DNA from: Tubiluchus corallicola | Taxonomy: Eukaryota; Animalia; Priapulida | Length of the DNA stretch: 64,000 bases | Direction of reading: 5' to 3' | Assembly (NCBI GenBank): GCA_030141605.1 | Contig: JAQGDQ010000278.1 | Span: forward strand, 1 to 64,000 | Shown here: piece after piece, positions 12,974-26,600 of the stretch | How positions within the stretch are numbered: the stretch's first letter is position 1 | Layout of the letters: each line of letters starts with the position of its first letter | The notes under the pieces: generated by a model | Seen by the model: only the letters and a program-made list of their open reading frames with translations | Told to the model about the DNA's origin: nothing | Databases searched by the model: none | Program-made: the position numbers and the translations under genes

Positions 12974-14042
12974 TTATTGCTCGCATTGTTTGGCTGTTTC
13001 ACATCCAGGTAGTAGTAAAGTAGTCACAATAAACACTAGCTATTAAGTGAGGCAGTGTCATGCCTGTTTAGCAACCAGATTAATGATTGTAGTTGTTTCT
13101 GAGAACTATCTCCCGTGCGCACATCCAAATGTACCAGTTCTGCCAGCAAGAAGAACTTCTGCCAGTTTATAGTTTCTTCTTAAGAGAATCAGTTTTGGTA
13201 TTTAGCTAAATTGTATTCTGCCGTTACAGTCATCTACACTAAGGTGGAGTGTCTGAGTCTAATAATCAGTTTTGATGTGTGAGTAGTCAGAATTGCAGTG
13301 CTGGTGCTATTCAGCTATGTCTGCCTTTGTGCTTCATGCTGAATTGAATTGAAATTTATTTTTCTCCGATCTACAAAATGTACAGTAACCTCATCCAGTA
13401 ACGTAAATAAAGCTGATTGCTAGTAGTGAAAGAAAAGGAGAGAGGCTAGCAAGCCGACCAGAAAGTCATGAAGTCAGCCCTCCTTTTAATATGTTAAAAT
13501 TATATGATCACAGGCGGAGCTAGTGAGAAACGAAGTATAGACAATAAATTAATTTTATCAGATTGATTTCCTAAATTAGTAGTTTCTAAACAAAAACTGA
13601 GGTAATTAACATATAATTTTATGTATATTTGCAGTTAGTTGATAAATAAATGTTTGATTTAACGTTATTATAATTTATGTTACAGTGACAGAAAAAAGCA
13701 ACTAAGTATAGCTTAAGCAATGATATACAATCCTTAGTAATTTTCAACAAATTATCAAGTACATGCCACATATACATGCTGATCACTGTAGCTGTTAGGT
13801 GAGTATACAGAACCCTATTCAACATGCTCGAGTATTAAATAAGCACAACTTGCAATAAATAACTTGTGCATGTTCATTTTACTTGATGTCAAAATCAGTA
13901 TTATATTATTTAGTAGCAGCACGTTTTTCCTATAAAATGGCTAGTGAGACAAGGTAGCTGGTTATGAATGTACTACATTTTTATGAGTAGGGCAAATGAT
14001 TACGACTGGAAAAATACATAGTAAGAGTTTGTATAGGCAATA

Positions 14043-14048
14043 TTTATT
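14043..14048 (-). terminator. Candidate CFAP69 polyadenylation signal
   Basis: TTTATT on + (AATAAA on -) about 280 nt downstream of the stop. Confidence 0.4.
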
Positions 14049-14327
14049 ACAACATTTACAGCAATAACATCTTAACAAAATACGTGAAGCTAGTAAATAA
14101 TAGCATCTAACATACTGGCGACTAGAAAGCATGAAACTGTAGTCAAAGAATCATTTCTGTAAAATATAAATAAATAAACTTGGTAATAAAATAAGTAATG
14201 TGCATATGAAATCAGATACAATTGAAGTACATACCTAGCAATGCTAAATGTATTCTTTTCAGTATGATATACTTTTTCATGTAATATATTTAAGATGATT
14301 TTGAAAGTCAAAACACTCAGGCACTTT

Positions 14328-14630
14328 TTAAAAGAAATCATTTAACAAATACTTTGGAGTTTTCTTCAACACATACGGTGGTGCTGTCATCTCCAGGGGT
14401 GTACTCTCAACTCGTACATGTTTTCCACACAAGGATGTCACATTCAGTTTTGGAAGTTCAGTATCATGCATTGTTCCCGTGTAAGATTCCCCTGGTCTCA
14501 TTCGAGAGACGTCAATCGACCCGAGTTGTGACTGTCGGCACATTGTGAGAAAGTTATAATTGGCTGTTCGAGCCATGAATGCAGCATGTTGCATAGATTC
14601 TTTATTTTTCCGTTGATATGTCACCTTTAG
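14328..14630 (-). CDS. CFAP69: CFAP69 terminal coding exon
   Basis: LKVTYQRK...FMARTANY...VRVESTP...NDFF*; tttcag acceptor. Confidence 0.88.
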   Translation of the reverse strand, partial: LKVTYQRKNKESMQHAAFMARTANYNFLTMCRQSQLGSIDVSRMRPGESYTGTMHDTELPKLNVTSLCGKHVRVESTPLEMTAPPYVLKKTPKYLLNDFF

Positions 14631-17600
14631 CTGAAATTAAACGTTATGCGTCAATTAAAACACTGCATCACCCATCCAAATACATTCCAGAGCTACCCTA
14701 ACATTGCTTCATGTTGACAACTTTTCATATAAAGGTGATTCCTTAATATTTGTAAACTAGTTGACATACCAAGTTATAATTCATTTCACATTGTGAATAC
14801 GTACAGATGGAAAGTACATGTTTAAGTGTTGATCTTCGATACACAGTAAAATACAAAAAAATTATTTCACAGCTATACTCTATGCCAATACAATTGATAA
14901 AATTTTCTTTATTGTCATTACGTCTGCATTATTCTATGACCAGCAGTATTACACAGTCTTGCGTTACAATTCACATCATAAATACTGCACAGTACGAAAT
15001 TAATTTTTACCTCTGCTGAGGAGGTTATGTTGTTTCACTGTTGGTTTATTAATTAATAAAGTTACACAAGAACTGCATCACCAAATTTCAATTAATGTTC
15101 CATGTGACGAGGAAGAAAGCTTTCAATTATGGCAATGATCCATTAAGCATTGTGAAAGAATAACTTTCCCTGCATGAGAGAATTCTGTGTGATGTCACAA
15201 TAGAACCCTGCAGGAAATTTGCAAGCGCAAGCATATGCAGCGTTAATCAGATGATAAAAATCAAAACAATAAACTTCACAGTTTTGCAATGCTCACACAA
15301 AGTCGCTGTAGGTCAAAGGTTAAGTGAATCCCAGCAACGCATCTTAACTATAACAGCCATGTGACATGTGGGTACAGCAAAGCCATCTTTCACGTCAGTT
15401 TAGTAACTTCAGTTGTTTGACATGCACTTTACTTAATTATCCATCAGTCCTGTACATAGAGTTAGTTACTAGCAGGATTTTGGTTGGGAACGAGAAAACA
15501 AACTAAGTAAGGTCCTAACTAGTGGTAAATACTGTTACTATTATAATAGCTTTGTCTGCCAGGCGTTGTCAAGTGAAAACAAATGCATTGTCTGGTACAC
15601 TTAACCTTCGACTTTTTCACGATCATCATCAATCGCTGGAAGAGTGAAAAGTTTCAATCTACAAGGGCTGTGTAATTAATGATTTATATTCTGCAAGCTT
15701 TGCCCGAGTTCTGAGTTCTAGCACCATTCTAGCTATAAAATCAATCCTTGTTTTACCTCGTCGTAACACTGTTTCTCCTCCTCCCATTCTTTCTCATGTT
15801 TTAAATTTAAAATCTTTCTTTGCTTTGTAGCTAAATTATTCACATCATTCTTATTCTTTCTTGCTAATGATTCCAACAAGTCAAAATCTGGGGAAACAGG
15901 GCGAATCTTTTCCTCGTGCAGCTCTGACCGAGTCTCTGCCCACACCTGACCAACCTGAATTAAACAATTTAAATGTGAACGTAAGTTCTCTAATATTCTA
16001 TCTTTTACATTCAATATTAAACGAAAGGAACTTAAACTTAGAAAAATATAAAAAGAAATTTACAAAAGAAGTGCGTAAAAAGTATAAAGTTAATTTACAT
16101 TACTGATGAACAGAAATTTTCAGGTACGGTGCTAGCAGCCATTCACTTGTAAATTACGACATAACTGGCGGACGTCAAAAGGGAAGTGCACAAGTGTGAA
16201 ATAATCGCCACTTTAAAGTGATCTTACTAATTACACAAGGCACTTATAACACTTTTTATTACTAAATCCTTCTAGCATTTTTCCCTAGCAGTGAAGTAAG
16301 CCTAGCTTCCCAGAAGGCTTGGTTTTTCCTTTAGCATTACAATTGATCGACAGTATCTGAAAAAATGTTTCTAAAACAAAGAACAAATTTTCTCATTTCT
16401 TGAATCTTATTAATAAACTAAGAATTTGCAAAGCACAAAGGCAATAGACAGCACTTATAATATAACACACTAAGAAATGCGTTAAAAGTAAAACAAGTGC
16501 CTTGACATATTCACATTTTTAACACCTAGGAATTTTTTGCTCCACTGCCTAGAACAACCATATGTTGTGTTTTAACGATATGGACATCCCAGCTATATTA
16601 GGAAAAGACACTTGTATCTGCCCGTCCACAAACCTGGATTTCTGTACGAACATTCTAAGCATATCCCTCGTCCAGCAGCATTTTTTCATGGTCATGAATA
16701 CCAGCAATGGGAATTTAATTGCACAGCATGCATAAATACACAAGAAAAGCTACTGTGCCACTTCCCATTAGTAACTAAATCTGTGCTATAGCTGCCAATT
16801 TTGCTGTAATGGCATATTCTGTTTTGATTATATATATATGAAAAATTATGAGAAAATTGTCAGGCAATGTTCATTGAGTTACGTTACTTTACTTGATTAG
16901 GCCTCCAATGCCTAACATAGCTATTTTTCATAAGAAGGCTTACCAAAAGAAATTTCAATGCTTACTATTGTGCGCTACAAAAATGCTTAGCATTTGTTTA
17001 CTTCCTCATTTTTGTTTATATCAAACACACAAAATCAAATAATGGCTCTACAGTACTGGGAGTGAAAAACATGCAACTGAGTTGTAATTACCACTGTAAT
17101 CAAAACAATTGTAAAAGTATTTCAGCAGTATGTATGTTTTTAGCTTTAGTATAGTTTTGGTGGTATAAATGCTGCTGATAATAACAAGATAATCAATTAA
17201 ATATAAAAAAGATAGGTAGTTGTGGCCTCACGGCAAAATGACAAAAGGAGTGTTTTTGCATCTCCCTGCCAGTGGGTGAAGGTTAATTGTGCAACTTGCA
17301 GGATAATTGGAAATTAAATTACAGGTTAAGGTAAGCAGGAAGGAAGAACCGGAAAAAGAGAAAGAAAAAAGGGACAGAAAGATAGAGAGAGAAAGAAGTA
17401 AATGGCAAACTGAGCACTTATAGTGATCCCAAGCAAACAACCAAATTGTGAACACACCACCAGTGAGAGAAAGAAAGAGAAGGTATAAATATCGACTCTG
17501 TAACATGATTACCTTTAGATTTAGGTAGCTTGAAATGAGCTCTATTGTTACTTGATCTTCTAGCGACAAGTTCTCCTTTGACCATCCAGTTTTGACCACT

Positions 17601-20600
17601 AAACTGTATATCTTAGAACGGTTGTTAGCGGATACATCCACGATCGCCGGACTACGGCAACTGAGTGGAATCGTTATACGTCCGTCTTCCTCCTTCGTTG
17701 TAGACAGTGGATGCGAAGAAAGTTCAAGTTCCTCTAAATAGCAAGATAATGTTCTACATTCTACATTAAGAGTCGAATCCTAGCAAAACCATTTTCATAT
17801 TGTGAAATGGGACAAAAGTATTATGTATTACATGCATCTTTGTTGTCTTGATTAGCAGAATACTCATAAAAATGTACAGATTTGTGGATACTTCTGCATA
17901 TATTTACAGGATAAATCCTGCTGTTCTCCATTGGTTTTATTTTGACTCAGTATTATTGTTAAAACTCTTATTATGACTACCTAACAGTCTTAAAAACAAC
18001 AAATACTACAGACCTGCATAAAAACAAATTAGCAAACATACCTATGGATAAAATCACACCACACACCTCTCGCTCTGAACCTATGTTTTTTTCTTCCTCT
18101 CTCCAGAGTTGACATAAGAGTGACAGTATGTGTCTTCCATTTTTACCTCTCCATGCTTCGATGTGTTCTAACACAGCCTCATTTTCACAAAAGTCTAAGA
18201 TGCAGCCAAGAATGATGCTATTCATTGCAGATGGGCACACCTACACACAGAAATAATAATATCCTATGTGTGCACAGTCCTCGCAAACTTTAGAAATAAG
18301 CAAAAAATTATGCCAAACAATTATACATAGGTGAAACTTTACAACGAATAATTTATAATGGGCAGTAGACAGCCTAGACAAAAGATAACATCAAAGTTAT
18401 CTGTCTAGTTTAATCAAAAATTTTTATAATTGCAAATATTACATTCTCTAGTCATCAAAATGCTAAAAAGTATATAAAGTATCATATTTTGATGTAAGAA
18501 ATAATCATACACTGCATAAAAACTATTTCAGTGCAAAACTAATAATTCAAAGCAAAACTACCAAACAACTTAACAGGAAAGCCAAAAGCAATCGAGCGCA
18601 TGTCAGACTGACTGATGTCTAAAATATTACTATCAGATTTAAATCTGCAGTTCTACCTTGAAGAAAACAGCTAATAGTATGCACTGCTTTATACATGAAG
18701 TTGGTAATTGTGTAAAATATCATGACTTATATCCTTTAACTCCAAATGAGTTTCTTATGCCAGGGAGAACTTAAAGGAAAGCAGGACGACATTTGGATCC
18801 TATTCCTGTTTTAAGCATGGTAAAAAATAATAGTATTGTCACCTATAAAAATGCCAAAGTGGTTTCCGGTAATTAAATTGGAACCTTAAAAACAGTATTT
18901 CCCTTTCACTATTTCATGTGCAAGGAACATTTTGCACCAAAATAACTGGGTCCTTAGTAGCTCTTTCAAGTTTAGTCTAAATATTGATTTACAGCTGGCA
19001 GGTGTTAAATATAAAAAATGGGAGCACTGTGAGAGATCCTGGATCCATGGTTCTCAATAAACATGCATTTTTCATGTTCCTGGTGTCTATTAAGGTAGTA
19101 ACTGGTACAGTATCATTAACTAAGTAAATTTCTTGAAGTGGTTCTCATTGTTAATTAGTGCATTTCTTTTTCCCCTTAATCCTGTTTTAGCAGATAATGT
19201 TGTTTTGTTTTTACTGCAGTCCCTGATAAAGTCCTAAGCATGGCAAAACCCATGTGGGACAAGAACAAACATTAGTCTCATATCTACCTCTAGCAAATCC
19301 AGTAACAAGAATATTCCCTCATACTCCAGGAATTTATCCTCATTCATAGAACAGCCCACAACACACGACCTGGTAAAAAACATGAATACTTTACTGGCTT
19401 ACTGGTTTATTCAAACCAAAATCAATGCCGTCTTATAAATTTCATCAAAAACTATTTAAAGCCTCTAAAAGTTACAAATCGCAAAGCCAATTTTGAGAAA
19501 CTTTATACTGGGTCACTGACACTTTTTTATGAAAACGTTCTTTTATATTTTTGTTCACTAAGTAAGTTCATCTTGTGGAGGTTCACTTACATTGTAAATG
19601 CAAATAAGCAAGTGCTACAGAGATGATGTGATCGGTATTTAATTGCAAAGAAAGAGAAAGTGTGTGGCAGGCTATCGTACAGTCGACACATTGACTCGTG
19701 GTTAACTGACGGGCTGGAAATAAACTAGTAAAGACTGAAAAAGCGAAAGTGTTTAAAATAAAGATGAAGGTTTAATTGTATATTTGCTAAACTATTTTCA
19801 GCAATAACAAAAAACAGTTACAAACAAATAACGATGACGAACAATATCATGTTTAGTAAACAGAATTAGTGTTTCTGTCAGACTTAACATTAATAACGTA
19901 CTCTGCTGTGCAAATACTGCTAGTAATGACTACGGCCAAATCACGTTGAAAACACCGGTTCTCGTCTGATCACCGAGGTTAAGCAACGTAGAGCCTGGTT
20001 AGTACTTGGATGGGTGACTGCCAAGAAATACCAGGTGCTGTAGGCTTGCGGGCTAGCCCACACTGTATTTCGACACTAGGCGGAGGAGCTGCACAAGCAG
20101 CCAATGGCTAGAGGGCGGAGGAAGTCAAGTGACCCAACAGTCATGTGTAGAGGAGTAAACCTTCCAAATCAGGAGTGGAACCCCAAAAGGCGGACCAGTG
20201 CCGCATGCTCACTGACTCCGGCAGCTCCTGCTGCCAACCTGGCGCCAAACGTACTGCACCGCTTTCTTTTGGACTACACCAGGGAGGAAGAGAGGGGGTT
20301 CCTGTTGTCTGGGGAACTCAGGATCTCCATACACCTTGCCCAGGCGTGCGCCCTGGAGACGTTCAAGGATCGCACTGCTCAGCCACAGTCGACGCTGCAG
20401 CTCCATTAATGTGATCAATAACTGACTCTCTTGGCACTCACTCCATTGAGACAGAAGGATGCCAATCAGTACTGCTAGTATTTAGTACTTTTGATATCTT
20501 GGTTTCGTTAGATAAATATTGTATGCAGTTCTCTTCAGTCAAAATAATGGTTTCATTGGATACCTAGTACTAACCACATTTAGATTTGTTTAAAAATACT

Positions 20601-23600
20601 TTGTTAATTTAAACTTTTGGATATTTGGTATCCGATGAGACCATTTTTTGACTGCAAAAATGCATACATCATTTATCTAACGAAATCAAGACATCATCAG
20701 TACTTTACTATACTATAGAAAAGCAATGGAGAAAGCATTAAGCATTTACACACTTCAGGTGAGCAAAGCTACACAATGGGTTAATTGGCTATGTAAAAGT
20801 AATTTCTTACTATACGATATGTCAAGTTAGGTTATGCACATGTGAATAATAGTCAAAACATGGTGCTTTTCATTATACTTTACTGACTAGCTGTCGTCTT
20901 ATAAACGTCATCGAAACTTTTTAAAGATAATCTCTAAAAGCTATAAAATCGCAGTACAAATTTTGAGAAACTTGATATTGGGTCAGAGACACTTTTTTTA
21001 TGAAAACATACTTTTATTTTTTCTTCACAAATTAATTTCTGTAGAAAAACAGGTGTTGCAGAGATAATGCTAATGTTATGATAAACTCTGGTAAACTTAA
21101 ACTGACCATTAACATCTAATGATTTGTATCTAATTGATTATTATTACTTTCTAAGACACTGATGGATGATGTAAGAACTAGGTGTAGTGCTATCACAGTA
21201 ATGAATCATCTTACATCAGCTAGAAGATGATGAAACTACATTTATTAACAATTAAAATTTCAGCTAACTTACCAAACACAGTGAATAGTTATGATGAGCA
21301 GTTGATTGTGACCAAAACCAGTATTCATTTTATCTGGGCAACTTCGCAAGTAGTGAAGCAAGCAGCACACGCCACGTTCTCCAAACAACTCCTAATAAAT
21401 ATAAAGATGTTTGTCCTAAAGATCTTTTTGATAAGCTGCTTTTAGAAAATACAAAAATGTTGTGCACAGAAAGTGGTTCTAACCTTTGCAAATATAAGAA
21501 AGATCAACTTTGCCTGTACATTACAAAAATGTGTCAGTTTAGCAGTACAGTTATTTAACTGGTATAATAACACTTAAAAACATACATATATAGTTAAATG
21601 CATTCACGAGATAACTTTTTGACCGATAACTCAATATAATGACAGCCATTCTTAAGAATACATGCAAGTATAAGTTTAAGTCCTAATACAGCACATGAAA
21701 CAACAGGTCAACAACTCAGTTATAAAACAAAAACAGATCACTGTAACTACAGCAAATGGAATACAGTGTCCAATGATGATCACAAACTTTTGGAAAACCT
21801 CACATAATTTTGAGAATTAGGAGTACGTTATAAACTATGTTAAATGTCAACAGTTTCTTTGACAGCCAATTTATTGGGGTTATTATCATCATGAATGGCA
21901 CCGGATACAAGATTTGTCCAATGAATTGCTATGTTCGCTGTCATAACGATGAGCTTTCCCGATGTAAAATTTGTTAGCATTTTTGCATTAATGTGATATA
22001 CTACAGAAGACCTACTAAATAAGTTATACATTATTAGCACCAGGCCGGCCACAAAAAATTATATCTCTCTTACCTCAAGAGCTCAAAAAGATGTCAGTAA
22101 GGAGAGAAGATTTTTTTAAGCTTTGTGAATATTTAAAACTGATGGTGGAACATTTAAAATCAGTTGAAATCAAAGTTTATTTCATACTGGTGAGTAGTAA
22201 TGTTTTAAAATTTTTGCAATTACATTTTTTACGTTTTGTTTTCTTATTTTTTTTGTTTCGTGTTAGTAAATTATCATATCATTTAATTTATTATCGATTA
22301 TCGTATAGTCTTTTTTTGTACGTCATTAACGTATATTCTGATAATTAGAAGTGTTATACATGGCAACACTACTCAGGCATTAATACGCTAGTTTGGCAGA
22401 AAATATGATAATCAGCAGCATGCAAAGTGGCAACCTTGGCCGAGAGTTAGCCATAGAGAATGTTATAATAATTATTGACGCTTTCCGTTTTAAATTAAAA
22501 AATAGACTATTATGTGACTGCATCAGCTAGGTATATGAACGTACAAGAAATTATAAAATTCTCAGCCAAGCGTGCGATAAAAAATATTACCCGGGCGATT
22601 AGACAGAAACACAAGTATTTTTATTGTCTGAACCATATAATTTCTTCTACGGCGTGCAGTTATAAGTTCAAATAATTTGAAAGCTCACCTCTTAAATCAG
22701 ACAAAGAGAGTATAAGTAAACTGTAAACCGATACATACTAAATGCAATTAAGTTTATTTACATACTTTTCTGTGAACATCAGAACCACAAAGAGTGCCAA
22801 GAATGAAGAGAATGTTACACTGCATGTCTACATACAGCGTGGGCTCCGATTCGAACGATATGCCAATGCAGTTGTGCAAAATTTCTAAACAAAAACACAA
22901 TGAAATTAGTTTTGGGCAGGTGAATCAGTTAGTTGAGAAGTCTGCATACAACTTACGGCCATTAACGGAGTTCACAGATTTGCACAGCAACTTACAAATG
23001 TAGACCTATCCTATCCATCACGATTTTGATGACACAGACAAAAAGCAAATTCATCTAAATGAAATAATTTGTGTTAAACAACAAGCATTATACCAATAAC
23101 AAAAGCTAAGCTAAACAAAAAAACTACGCTATACTGGGTAGCGTAGCTCAATGGTAGCGTGCTCGTTTCACACCCAGGAGAATGGCCATGTCATACCAAA
23201 GACTTAAAAAATTGAACCGCTGTCTCTTCGACCAAACAAGCGGGTATATTGAGGTAACACGCGGACAATAATAATTGGGACCACCTTGGAAATAAGTTTC
23301 GAGGTTCTTAAGGGTATTATCTCTGGATTATGCCCTAAACGAAATTATTATTATAAAAAAACCTAACCACAGAAATAGAATACAAAAAAGAAGAAATTTT
23401 TACTCCAAAATTACGACAGCCTAATAATTTTTACCTAATAGTTGGTTTATGGCTCCCTGGTCACACAGATCTTCAACAACTATCTCATGACGGGTTGTTA
23501 CCAAACTCTGCATCAACTGTATGCACCAATACAGCTTAGAAAATGCATCAGAAGATGACTGTTCTGCAAAAAAAAACTTGCAGGTAAATAGAACTGAATG

Positions 23601-26600
23601 AATTCAGATTAAGATCTTCAACCATGACAATGTTTATTACTTGACTATGTCTGGTCTAATGTGTTTGGTTTACTCATGACAAAAATTGTAGAATATTACA
23701 CTCATGCATGATTGGCCAGTATGAAGAGTGATTGTGTCTAATTATGACTATGCCTGCTCTGTGTGGTTTACTCACTAGTGTGGCTGTGCCTCTGAGGCAG
23801 GCACTCAGAGATTGGGCTCAAAGAATGGCAAGGTTAAAAAGCTAATAGACATATCCTGCAAGTTGTCACTCTACGTACTATAGTTTAGAGTTATTCAGTG
23901 TCATGACTCAAAATGGCTAGTGTCCAGTGTCCATGAACTTTTGAACGAAACAGCCACTCATCATACCATTGTTAAGGTACTGTTTTAGGTAACTACCCTA
24001 CTACTTTCACTGAGTTTGTGAATTGATTTGAATATAAGGTAAATGCCTAACATAAACAATAATGAATATAATAAGTGTATGTGCTGACTGCTGGTAACAC
24101 TTGAACTAACATTTGAGAAAATAAAAACTTCAGTTGACACAAGAGACCTGATAAATTTTCTAATTTATTAAGCAATTAGAACTTGGTTTAAATTAGAACT
24201 AGCAGATTTTGTTGAAGGCATTTTCGGCATGACTTCATTTTTATATTAAACTTTTTCTAATAGCTGTACCTACTGATATTTATACTCAGCCCATTCTAAG
24301 TAATGGCGTTTTAGCATTCATGAAAGCAAGTTACCCCTCAGTCTCTCAGATGCCGCATTACCATTGCAATGGCAAGTGCTTTACACTGAACTGAGAACAC
24401 TTGTTAGGCAATGAAACCCTGTAACATCTTACCACTCACTTCTCTCATCTCATTTACAGGTGACATGAACTGCAGCAATGATTCTAGACTTTACCTTTAC
24501 TGTACCAATCCACAAAAACTAACATCCGTGTTCCTCCATGGCAGTCCATATAATCATCAATACATAAAGGTGCCAAGCTGCACAATGCAATGATAGCTTG
24601 AACCTGTAACTCATGATATTGTCCTCTTGTCCATGGTGGATGAGTTGTACTAACTTGCAGCGGTTGAACGTAGCTAAACAAAGCCAACAGAACTTTGTTT
24701 TTGGACAATATCTAAAATAATAATACATTATTACTACTAATACTTATTATTAATATTAATGCTTATAATTACTAAATAGGATGAATTAAGACTTTTCGTT
24801 ACAGAGCTTTTGCAAGTAACAAGTTTGTTTGAAATAAGCATTTTCACAGTTCTCGCGACTGATGACAGTTGTAAAAAAGTCAAAGGTTAAGTGTATCAGA
24901 CAACAAACATGTGTACACTTGACAATGCCAAGCAGCCCATGCTATTGTAATAGTAACAGTTTTAACAGCTAGCTAGAACCTTACCTGGTTCATTTTTTCT
25001 TGTTCCCAAGCTAGCAAATTACTTTGCGCACAGACTAACGCATAATTAAGAAAAGTCCACATAAAACAACTGAAGTTACTGAACTGACACAGCAGATGGC
25101 TTTACTCTACCTACATGTCACATGATAGTTGTAGTTAAGATGTGTTGCTGTGGTACACTTAACCTTTGACCTACAGCAACTGCGCATGCGCACAACGAAA
25201 CTGTAAAAAGGCTTACATTTTGTAATGTATGTGCAATAAACGTATTGAAAGTGAAAAATTATCATAATCATGTGTAAAAACTGGATTGACAGGAAAGGGA
25301 TGCATTTCCACAAACGCCTTAAATGGACAATTCTTTTGTGGTTAGCGCAGCTGTCTGTAAAGCAGGTCATGGTCTCAAGGTTCTACTTGCGTACATTCAT
25401 ATGATTTAAAACTTCATATAATTTGGTTGAATAATTACTCTTATGAGTTTCACAGTGCGTATCAACCATTCGTTTTAGTTTGCCAAGATGACAGCAGATG
25501 TCACAATAATTCTTTTCCTTCCATTGTAATTGTTTATGAAAATTCTTTCAATCAAATTAATTTGTTCACTTACAGAAATTGCAAGACGAGGCAAGGTGCA
25601 TGACAAGCAAAGCTGACAACGGCAGGTTAGTTTATGGACTCTTGCTTTGAGCATTTTTATTCTCCGTGCTAATTCAGGCTGTTTACCTTATACCAGCAAG
25701 ATGTATTCATGCCCAAAATGGCCAAGATACCTCTGCCTGTTATCTTAGAGGCATAGCTTTGATAATGAGGGTCAGGTCCCAGCTTCATGACGGCTATCTA
25801 ATTTGAAGAATGCCATAAAATGCTAAGGAGTTCCACAAAAAATTATGGTAAATATTGTTAATATATTTTTAGCAAACACTAGAAGACATCATTTTCTTTC
25901 ACGGAACTTTAAAAACATGATAAGTGAATTTAAATTGTTTCAAAAAAATTTGCAAAGTAATGTGAAATCAACTAATTCATGTTAGTCAAAAAAGTTTTTT
26001 GATAATTTAAATTGTTTGTGTAAACAAGCAGCAAGCTACATTAAGAATTAGTGGTTCTGAATCACTCTTGTTGTTCGCTTGCAGGCACACTGTATAGTAA
26101 ACATACAGATAAAAATACCTATACTTTTCAACGGATGATTGACAATTAAAACGGCTCCCTCTAGTAGCAGATGTGGAGAGTAAAAAGTTTCAAGTTTTAC
26201 ACAGAGTTTCTTGTAACGCAAACTCTACATATCAGCTATAAAGTTTATGGTCAGTTTTTACATCTATACAGCATAGAAAAACGTATATATAACATAGTGG
26301 ATAATACTCTTATACTGTGCATGTATGAGAGAATCACAAATTTAAATACCACGCGTGTATGGAAAGATTGCTAACCCGCAATATCGATCAATACTTTCAG
26401 TACTTCGCGAGTGTGTTGCTCAAGTGCTGTTTTTGCCTAACTATCGAATGTAGGTTTTGCTTAATAACATGGCACCCATTTCTTGCCTAGCAGTGGAGCA
26501 TAAAAATTGCATTACAAAATGGTGCTCATTGTTGCCTCACAATTTAAATCTAGCAGTCTCTCTGTATGCATGCATTACATCCACGTTTTCAGCCCATAAT

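Noticed and set aside
19928-20047. Functional 5S rRNA gene
   Set aside because: Single copy in the window, no oligo-T terminator, apparent substitutions, and part of a TSD-flanked insertion.
20104-20418. Overlapping ORFs in the GC-rich block
   Set aside because: They lie within the SINE body and resemble no protein I recognise.
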